From Auanema rhodensis (Eukaryota; Animalia; Nematoda): a stretch of 64,000 bases of DNA. The stretch spans positions 11,842,001 to 11,906,000 of the forward strand of contig OZ059898.1 of the NCBI GenBank assembly GCA_964057225.1, written 5' to 3'. Below, in pieces: positions 45,833 to 55,577 of the stretch. The notes below the pieces were generated by a model. It was not told the DNA's origin, ran no database searches, and saw only the letters and a program-made list of their open reading frames with translations. A program made the translations under genes and the position numbers. Within the stretch, counting starts at the first letter, position 1. Each line of letters starts with the position of its first letter.

Positions 45833-47407
45833 TTAATCATACACCACGACCACATAGTATTCTCCAGTATCTTCTTGATACGCTACTCCTGCTCCAATTG
45901 TTCGTAACCAATCCATTTTCATATAGTTTATGGTGTCTAAAATACGGTAAACATGATATAGCCTTAAAAACCGACCAAGGTTATTATATCGCAAAAATGG
46001 ATTTTAATCAGACCTACCGAATTCTTCAGCCTCATCAAACCAGCTATCAGCTATAGATGCTACAAGTCGTCGACCTCTCCAGATATTCATTTTCAATCCC
46101 ACTTCCCTCCTGAAAATGGAGCTTAACTGATATGCCATGTAAATGCTTCGATTTGATAAACGTTGAAGTTTCATAATTCCTCAAATTGTATGATATTTCA
46201 ATTGGTTTAAAAAAATTTAAAGCATATTAGCTTAACCTTGTGAATATAATAACGTGTTTAAGTTTGTTTAAAATAAGTAATAAAGCCATTGTACATATTT
46301 CTCTCCTAAAAGTTTGATAAATTACCTAAAAAGATTACTTCTTGCTAGATATTGTGCCCATTGTCCGGCTTGTTCGGCTAGTCTTGGATCTGGAATAAGT
46401 TCCGGACGACCTGCTGATCGACGGATCAGATTGATTCGTCCAACAATCTCATCGAGGCCTGATTGTGATGATGTATTACGTAAGAAAATGGGAATATTTC
46501 TGTGAATGTGATGTATTGAACTCTGATCCCAGCTCAATCAAATGATACCGAACTCTCTCTCTTGTTGTCTGCATGGTAGCTAATCTTGAAGTGGAGCCGT
46601 CACGTGACCAATCATCACCGTATATAGTACTATCTCCATAGATATGATCCGGTTCTAAACAATACAACTTCAATAAAAAATATGATCATTGAAAATTAAA
46701 ACAAAGTTCTTGAACAGGAGAGAGAGAGAGAGACAAAGAAATAAAAAACTCTGTTCATATGAACCTTTAGAATACTTCTTACCGACATATTCTACTGAAC
46801 TTCGTCGTAAAGTTTCATATGAATCCTGTCCACTGCATGCAATATGGTGATTCGTAGGCACCGGTTTAGGTTTTGGCACATGTGCTGTCTGTCTGAAGAA
46901 TCGTGGCTCAGGTTGTTCTTCATCGTAATGCACAGTTCTCTAAAATAGTTCCGTTTATGTCGCTTGTAAACATAGTATTTGTTTCAAATACTACAGTAGT
47001 CTGATGAATTGGAGCATAATTTGACTCGTTTTTTATATTTTTTGAAGAAATAACCAGTAAATGTTAGTATGATAACATACAACGTTTGAAAAATATATTT
47101 GCACAACCGTTCTCTTCAGCGCTAGCAATACGAATGGTCTTTACACTTTCCACGCATATTGCTAATAAGGGTTACGTGAAACGTGTTGACGTCAATTTAG
47201 AAAATTTCTTTCATTTTTTATATTAAATTAATAAAATAATTCGTCACCTGTAGTACAAAAACAGAAATATCTAGTTAAAAAAAGCTTTGTTATGAAGATT
47301 ACCGTATTTGTTACAGATAAGAGACGGCCATCTGGAGTACGGCGTTCCATTCGCTTTTTCGTCACAAAAAATTTACTTGGATGCTGTTCTCTTGGCGACG
47401 AATACAT
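45833..47407 (-). CDS. Cytosolic-type CAP/SCP-domain protein (compact GAPR-1/GLIPR2-like domain after a disordered N-terminus)
   Basis: Six in-frame exons: MYSSPREQHPSKFFVTKKRMERRTPDGRLLSVTNT / RTVHYDEEQPEP... / PDHIYGDSTIYGDDW... / EIVGRINLIRRSAGRPELIPDPRLAEQAGQWAQYLA / MNIWRG...IADSWFDE / TIGAGVAYQEDTGEYYVVVVYD*. No signal peptide. Confidence 0.8.
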
Positions 47408-50400
47408 ACCGGAATGTAGCTATTTTGGAAGTAAAAAAAGGAAGGAAATATTAATGATATCAGAAAAAACAAAATGATAAGTGTAAGAATCAGCAAGAAG
47501 TCATTCAAATAGATGTTGATCGAATTTAAACAATATCATATCACTGGGTTCAATATATGTATGTGTGAGTGACCATATATTGTATGTTCGACGAGTGGGC
47601 TGAATGTGAGGTTTGGTTAAGCACAACGACAAGAGATTGAATGAGGCAAAACGACATGAAGGAGTTTGGGCTGATAATAATGGCTTAACTGTACAAATAA
47701 GCCATACAACATGACAACAATTGTACTGGAAATTGTGATTGTGCATGAATCATCCTTAGGAAATGGCTTTTCCTTCAATTTCAATTCGTCACCTATTTTT
47801 GTTCGCAATTTGCATTTTTAGTTGGAATCTTCTCTATCTCTGCATACTAATAGTGAACTGACATCAAAGCTCACTGTAGACCAATCTTTGTAGATTTTCC
47901 TATTGTTTTCCAGTTTTTCTCTTCGGTCTTCGTAATTTTCGCAGTCTTTTGATTCGTATTCCTTCTTTATAGACCAATCATTACTTTTGATACTGTAACT
48001 GAGATACAGGGAAACTAGTGTACATCATATAGCGAACCTATTCCGACTATGAAAGCACAATCCTTATATCTATATTATTCATTTTAATATATTAAGTTTT
48101 ATGTGTCTATTCAGATATATTTCATTTTCCTAATGTTCTGTTTAGATATAAGTAGTCTTCAGCTTTTCGCCATGTTTTATGCTCTGCGATTACAAATTGG
48201 TAAACTCTGGACTAGCTGGCAATGAGGTCTGTAGTAGATGTATGAGTAAATCAAAGTTAAACATGTTTATTGTCGTTAATTTGTCACAGTGCTGATGGTA
48301 TCACAACATCAATATCAAGAAGTAGGCTGAGAGTGGGGTCAAAAAGGGGGAAGTGCTTAAGAAGTTCAACTTAACAATGAATAAAGGATCAAATTTAATG
48401 TTTTCGAAGAATAAAGGATGAGGGCGGGGAACAGAAATGGAAAGTTCATCACAATTGTCTTGCATCGGAAATGCCCGTATAGCTTGATGAAATGAACAGC
48501 AACCAATGCAACTTGGATGAGCTGCTAATTCCAAATACTTTTGAAACATATTGAACGGGCAAGAGAAGAGGTAGAGCTGAGAGAAATTATCACAATGTTG
48601 TTGCCGACGGTCAGATCCAGGAACGAAACAGAACGGTCGAGGTTGGCTTATTTCCAGCTGCACGGCATCTCCAATCACAGAAGCGAACATCACACAAATA
48701 TCACGCTAAAAAAGGAAAATAATAATTATTTAGAAAAAACAAAAAATATATGTACTAACCTTATAAAGGTTTTACATCAATCAGTCATCCCAGAACATCC
48801 GGAACTATTTCAATAGATTTTTACTAAGATTTCAGACCAAATTTTCCGAAAAAAAAAAACAGTTTTGAAAATAAGATGTTATGTCACCGGATGGGATGGC
48901 TGTGATCCCATTGTTTGAAGACTACATCGCCCTGAAGAAACATTGAAATTAATTGAAGAAAAAATAGAAGAATAACAGCATAAGAAAAAGAAAAGAGAGA
49001 GAAAAATTCAAAACGTGCTTTAAAGTGTGCGAAAAGAACCACGAAATTAATGGAATGACTCTAGAAATTGCTACTCCAGTCAATCAATGCCCTTATCAGG
49101 CACTCAATGCAGTTGAGTAAAATTGAAAAAAAAATGAACAAATACAAGTATTGATTGAGATATTTTAACCATTTTTTTGGATTTTACCCATACACACTAC
49201 GTAATATTTGGTTTTGAAATAGTTACAAGAATGCGTATTAGGTCTACAAACATAGCATTGAACAATAAAATCGCCTAGAGGCTATACATGTGCGACACAA
49301 TAAGAGAGGCAGATGCTATCTCTGAAGGTTGATAGAAGTGATTCTTTCTTTGTCTTTCGTTCGTTTATGGAAATTGAATTTTGAAACGTATATGTCTTTT
49401 AGAAACGAAGCTAGTCTAACTATCAAGCAGCGTTTCGAGAAAAGAAGTCTTTTCGAAAAAAATCGAAATAAGTTAGATCATTACTTAAAATTCTAAAACA
49501 TATATGTTAAAAGGATTCATAGATGAATTGTGGTTAGAAGAAGAGAATGGTTCGAAAAGAGCAAGAAATGGAACAAGAGCATCTAATGTGTTCTGGAAAG
49601 AGCATATGGGTTAGAAGATGAAAAAGAGAAAATTGCTTTTGATGTGCAGTCTATTTCGATATTTCCTTATTTGAAACAAATTTTCCATCGACGAATGTTT
49701 TCTACAGCAGCAATCTCAGAAATGTGGAAAATGAATCAAAAAACCCCGAAAGCTTTAGAAACACTTTTGAAATGTTATGTTCCAAGAAATATTGCGACAA
49801 TCTGAGTTTGTAGTCAACTGATTTTCAATTGAAAGTAAGACTTTTAATCCTTACAAAGAGAAAAAAAAGAAAGACAAGGAATGAGAGAGAAAAAGAACAA
49901 AACGGAAAAATGCATGAAAAAAACAAAAAAAAAACGTTATTTTCGAAATAAAAGAAAACATGTGATAGTTATGTAATTTTATAGAGATAAACCCAAGTTA
50001 TTTTCTTGTGATAAATAAAAATATTTGGTTTTCGTGTAAAAAAATGAAAAACGACAGATTTTGGCGAGGAAAACTAGAAAATGTCAGACAAGAGTAGTGT
50101 AAAACAACGGGGTTCTTTCTGCGGATATTGGATGACCTCGAACGAGTTAAAGCCATCTGGTGTATAGCTGTCATCTGCTATTCCACGCTAGATATGACAC
50201 CAAGACCTCCCCGGTTATCGACCAAATGAAAATGGCAGATCATGAGAATTATTGAAAAAAAGCTTTTATCTTGCTCTTTCGCAAATTTTCTTTCTACCTA
50301 TACACTTTCGTGTTTCCTCTCAAAGTTAAAAAACATTAAATTAAATTAAAGAAAAGTTTATGAAGAAGAGGGGAAAGTTGCGAGCACATGTTTCAAAATA

Positions 50401-52606
50401 AAAACTAATTGAGTAAAAATGTTTTAAGTTGTTTACATTGACGCAATTGCCGTATCAATATGGAATCGGAATAGATGAATAGAAATAACAACTTGAAAGT
50501 CTTGCCAGCTTGTATCTAGTTGATAGGTTCTGAGGTGGAATTTACGTTGTAATCGCAATAGGTTGTGGTATACGAAGACAATCTTCCACCCGTCACAGCA
50601 TGGAGCAGCATATGATAGCGCATAGAGTTTCTGGAGGATACTTTACAAAAAAAATTGAGATGAGTTCTTCGGAAGATTTGTGCACAAAATTTCAATAAAA
50701 AAAGAAGAAGAACTCAAGAACGGAGCTGATCTGAGACGACAAGTTGATTAGCAAATGGCAATATTTGTTTGAGCTCTCATGAAGATTCAACAATCCAGAA
50801 AATCCTGATCTGTTCGCACAGACGGTGTGAATAGTAGATGATATTATTTTTTATGAAGTATAATAAAAATTAATAAAATAATAATTGATCAATATATATT
50901 AAATATATTGATTAAATATAAAAAATCTTTAAAAAAAATTAATATAAGAGACATACATGCTTTCACTACGAGATTCTGTTTACAATCTAAGAAATTTTGT
51001 GAAGTTCAAGAATGTTAATATTATATATTTATCCGGAATACTGGCAGCTGCCATGCATTACAATCGAAAAAAAAAGTTTTATGAATGTTTAAGCTTTCTT
51101 CTTACGCATTGCATCAAATCTGAACAGCTGTTTACTTTGAAGTTTTTGTTAATCTGGACTATTATGATATGATAACTGAGACCATGTTACAATCTCATTA
51201 TCAATCATTTTCTGCAAAGAAAATACAAGAAAATAAGATCAGAAAGTTATCTTCTTCTTCTTTTTTTTGGATTGAGAAGTAGGAGAACATGCAATAACAC
51301 GAATGACGTAAGGCGCCAAAATTTGAGCCGAATGTGACACTTGGATGAAGTTTTGAATATGAAACCCTTCTAAGCGACCTAACAGCAGAAATAACAGAAA
51401 AGGGATGATAAATTGCTAATAAATAAATAAGAAACATTCTAAAATACAGAAATTCATATAGAATATTTGATCATAATAATTATAATTAGCATAAATATAA
51501 TAGAAAAGAAAAGAAAATGCTATACGATTCGATAAACTATACATCAAGTGAATCTTATTTCACTTCTAATTAGGATATATTTTCATGAATAATATTATTA
51601 CATGGCTATTTGAATTGAAGATGAGATGACAGACAAGATGGCACGAATTTGAAATGTTTCGCAAAATTAGATTTGGACGCCAATACTGATTAAGAATCAA
51701 AGAAAGTGACATGAATGTAGTAGTATCTCTATCTTTGAGCAACTCCTCTCAACTAGACAACCAAGTAGGAAATGAACAGAAATTTAATAAAAAACACAAG
51801 GGAATATATTGATTTTTGAAATACATATAATACATATATGTTATTTATTAACTATCACTCAATAACCCTTAGGGAATTATATATGCATGAAAGTTTTAAC
51901 TATATGATGAAATAAGGCTGTATAATATATATAGTATGAATAGTAAAATTGATTAAAATTCGTTCACAAAATATTAGAATAATGTAAGAATATATTAAAC
52001 AAAAATAGAAAATTTAATATATTTACTAATATATTTATATTTAGAGCTTAGAGTTTTGAGAATGAAAAACTCTGCTAGCCTTAGTGAATGTTCAATGTTG
52101 GTTGGTGGACTGAGGAAAGTAGCAATCGATGACGAAGGGAGTTGTGGCCACTTGGCCGCTTTTCGGATGACAAACGGGACGGGTCTCAGCTTCTCCTCCT
52201 GAGGCTAACAAACAGCATTCCTTTGGGCTTTATCGTGAAGATCTTCTACTTTTGTTTGCATGAATTAAGTTTATACTAGCAAAAATCTATAATATGTAAT
52301 GTCTTATCCAGTAGAAAATACTTGATGAATGTATATGTATATAAGAAATGATCTGAGACTATAAGAGTTGACGATGTATAAGTTTGAGGAATAAATTTCC
52401 ACTACAACACCGGAATCAACTAACACGCTTCCGTTCTTGCTTAATCGTTTTCTTTATATACTACTTCAATTTCATCAAATACATCTTTTCTCTCCTACTT
52501 ATATAGCCAATGCTGCAATGTGATTGCATTAAACTTCAAATGAAGCTATATAAGCCAAGATTTTATAATGTTTTCTACAAAACTTAAAACTTTTTCGAAA
52601 ATGGTA

Positions 52607-52700
52607 GAGCTCAGATACGCTTTTTGGAATCACCGCCATCCGGAAATGATGGCTAACATAAGAGGTGTCAGAAGCAAATATCGTGCATTCATCAAGGCTC
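52607..52700 (-). ncRNA. Box C/D snoRNA, U60/SNORD60 (snR48-site)-like, copy A
   Basis: GAGC/GCTC terminal stem, box C TTGATGA, box D CTGA, guide TTCTGACACCTCTT complementary to the conserved LSU rRNA sequence AAGAGGUGUCAGAA, internal stem GCCATC/GATGGC, upstream B box GGTTCGAAC, T4 downstream. Confidence 0.88.
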
Positions 52701-52840
52701 AAGTACGAATGTTCGAACCAAGAACTTTGTACTCCAAAGGCGCCACCACGTGGTTGGGCAACTCGATACATAACATTTGATGTTTTAATGATTCACACTT
52801 TACATCTTAAAACACCTACAATGAGAATTTCAAAAAATAA

Positions 52841-52934
52841 GAGCTCAGATACGCTTTTTGGAATCACCGCCATCCGGAAATGATGGCTAACATAAGAGGT
52901 GTCAGAAGCAAATATCGTGCATTCATCAAGGCTC
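52841..52934 (-). ncRNA. Box C/D snoRNA, U60/SNORD60-like, copy B
   Basis: 94-nt body reads identical to copy A; same leader as A; followed by TTATTTTTT (Pol III terminator-like). Confidence 0.88.
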
Positions 52935-53081
52935 AAGTACGAATGTTCGAACCAAGAACTTTGTACTCCAAAGGCGCCACCACGTGGTTGGGCAACTCGA
53001 CACATAACATTTGATGTTTTAATGATTTATAATTCGTACTTTACATCTTAAAACACCTACAATGAGAATTTCAAAAAATAA

Positions 53082-53175
53082 GAGCTCAGATACGCTTTTT
53101 GGAATCACCGCCATCCGGAAATGATGGCTAACATAAGAGGTGTCAGAAGCAAATATCGTGCATTCATCACCGCTC
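53082..53175 (-). ncRNA. Box C/D snoRNA, U60/SNORD60-like, copy C
   Basis: Same body with canonical box C GTGATGA; followed by TTATTTTTT. Confidence 0.9.
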
Positions 53176-53245
53176 ACCACCGGGTTCGAACCCGAGATGT
53201 TGTAGTTGCAATGCGCACATAGGCGCCCTACCATACAAACCATGT
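53176..53245 (-). promoter_or_regulatory. tRNA-like A-box/B-box Pol III leader of snoRNA copy C
   Basis: Minus strand: TGGTTTGTATGG (A-box-like) ... CGGGTTCGAACCCG (B box in a T-arm-like hairpin) directly upstream of the snoRNA 5' stem. Confidence 0.75.
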
Positions 53246-53394
53246 TCATTTCCTCTTCAGTGCGTATCACAATGTTTTTAATGTCAAATGCATAGTAAAC
53301 GAGAATTAAATTACATTTTAATGTTTCAGAATGTTTTATTCTACATAGAATTACGTCATCAGGAAGATATTCTTTTTGGATATCTTCAAAACGT

Positions 53395-54387
53395 TTAAAG
53401 TTTCTTCTTTCTTCTGTCTGGGCATGGGCAATAGCCAGCATCTTCTCCTGGGCCTCCTGGCTCTCCGTAGTTTCCAATTCCACCAGGATATCCATCAGCT
53501 CCTGATATTAAAGAAGAGGAGTTTCATTATCTAATGTATATTTATTATTACCTGCTTTTCCAGTGGGGCCTTCCGGTCCTTGTTCTCCTTGAGGACCAGG
53601 GTTTCCAGCAGGTCCAGTAATTCCTGGGAATCCTTTAGGTCCTGCTGGCCCCGTGAGTCCAACGGGTCCACTGGGTCCTTTCTCTCCTCGAACTCCTTGA
53701 TTTCCTTTCTGTCCTGGTTCACCATCTTTTCCAGGTTCTCCTGTTGGTCCCATTTCTCCCTGTGGACCTAGCAATCCTGTATTTCCTGGTCTTCCTGGTA
53801 ATCCTGGGCTTCCAATATTTCCAGGTAACCCCTGAGGTCCAGCCTGTCCTCTATATCCGGGAGGTCCACGTGGTCCTGGTGGACAGACACGGCACCCATC
53901 ATATGATCTATCCATTTCTGGTAGAATTCCTGGTAGACCTGGCTCTCCTTGATCACCAGGCGTTCCTGGAATACCATCGAGACCATCAACTCCCGGCCGA
54001 CCTTTAGGACCACTAGGGCAACTATTCTCCTCATCACAACCTATGTTCGAAAAAAAAATGAACATGAGATGAAAAGTTCTTACTGCAAGATTTTTCTGCT
54101 TGACGTTTTTCAATATTCCTAGCCAAAACGGGCTCTGATCGTCTAGTTCGAACTAATGTTCCCCAAACTTCATCCTACACAATGAATATTTCATTAAACT
54201 AAGAATGATTAAAAGAAGCGAATACTTGTAATGCGCTGAATTCGTTCATATTTGATCTCAGACCATATTGAATTTCTTGAACTTTTCCAATAAATACAGA
54301 TAAAGACAAAAGTGATAGGAATACTACAATGGATGAGAAACCAATGGCAGACCAAGCAGCCACATGGCCATTACTGTTTGAAGACAT
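53395..54387 (-). CDS. Nematode cuticle collagen
   Basis: N-terminal hydrophobic Col_cuticle_N-type segment, RTRR/KR processing sites, SCSC...SCPSGPKG, Gly-X-Y blocks split by [10 protein letters not shown], final exon GADGYPGG...[17 protein letters not shown]; four exons; minus-strand AATAAA at 53335-53340. Confidence 0.97.
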
Positions 54388-55577
54388 GCCTGAATAGGTA
54401 TTTTTTATCTAGAACAAGATAGAACTTGCGTATAAGTTCCAAACAAAAAATAGAAGAAGAAGGAAAAGCTTAGAAGAGTATAGAATATGATTCCTGCTAA
54501 GAAATAATATTTAAGAGGCACAGTGTGATGATCATGTGTCTATATATAGGCAAAAGGCGGGGTTGGATAGGCTGTTAGCAGGTACAAAACCTGCTTGAAG
54601 AAGCCTCGTTCTAGCTATGATCACCACATCTATATAAGTACAAAAAAGAGTTAGCGTGTTAAACTTGTTCAAGCATTATGATTATACTGTCTTAAGACTA
54701 TTCTTTAATATTCATTTCATATACAATAAGTATTTGTATAAACATCATAATCAACTGGGAAATTATCCAATCCAATTGAGTCATTTAAACAGAAATTGCA
54801 GCATAGCTTACTGTTTTTGTTTTCTATCTGTTGTTGGAAGTTGAGTTAATTTCAAATACCATAAAAAACAATATATACCCAATTGAATAGCAACTTTCAT
54901 TTGAATCTCTTTGTATTTTCAAGTTTCTAATGTCAGCTTGCTTCTGAAGGTTGTCATATCGGCAGATAAGAAGATAAGTTGGCCGTCTCACCTACATGAC
55001 CGCCGTTGCTATTTCATAACGGAAACGAAAAAATAATGAAAACAGAAGAAATTCATTATACTTTCTTCCGAAAAAAAATGTTGCGAGCGAGAAAAGAACA
55101 CAGAAAAAGAATCATGTAATTTCATCTTTCATCCAAAGTTGTTAATGGATTTTAAGAACAAAATGTTAGATTAACAAACAAATAGATCATAAATCCCTGC
55201 ATGTTTATAATTGAAATTTATTATATTTTATACACAATATTATAATTATATTGATATATTGACAAGATGTGACATGAGGAAATAACATAATAAGATGAAG
55301 AAAAAAAGTTGAAACAACTGATGCATGTGTGTGAACTGAAGGTTAGATATCAGAACCATTTGAATAATATGGCTTTTATGGCTTGAACATAGATTCTTTT
55401 GAGAATATTTCAAATCATTAAAATACGATGCGTTCATGTAATGTTGCAACAAACGAATCATTGTACACGTTCTTTAACTAGTTTGAAAAATGTTTTGCTC
55501 CAACTTCGAACACAAACCCGTGATTGAAGAATATAAAACGACAATATGAGTAGGATTTTGAGGAAAAAAATTATATT

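Larger units (their letters stand above)
52607..53175. repeat. Tandem repeat with 234- and 241-bp periods carrying the snoRNA cassette
   Basis: GAGCTCAGATACGCTTTTTGG begins at 52607, 52841 and 53082. Confidence 0.95.

Noticed and set aside
48301-48693. 130-aa single-exon ORF as a protein-coding gene
   Set aside because: No recognisable motif and no introns in an intron-dense genome; more likely UTR or lncRNA, though not excluded.
52076-52230. Telomerase RNA, RNase P/MRP, hammerhead ribozyme or SECIS
   Set aside because: TAGCCTTAG would template TAAGGC rather than the usual TTAGGC and is paired in the fold; GGAAAGTAGC cannot form P4 with GGGCTT; CTGAGGA lacks stem II and GAAA; the ATGA/GA core has no apical AA and no selenoprotein gene upstream.
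52607-53175. CRISPR-like repeat-spacer array
   Set aside because: Eukaryotic context, 94-nt repeats, near-identical spacers and no cas genes.
53176-53250. Functional tRNA gene
   Set aside because: A/B-box-like elements are present but there is no acceptor stem or anticodon arm, and the best T-arm pairing gives a 6-nt loop.
52529-53495. Repeated ORFs (52529-52771, 52568-52780, 52665-52883, 52793-53005, 53019-53495) as tandem peptide genes
   Set aside because: They are translations of the snoRNA repeat and an off-frame read of the last collagen exon; the C/D boxes and rRNA guide explain the conservation.
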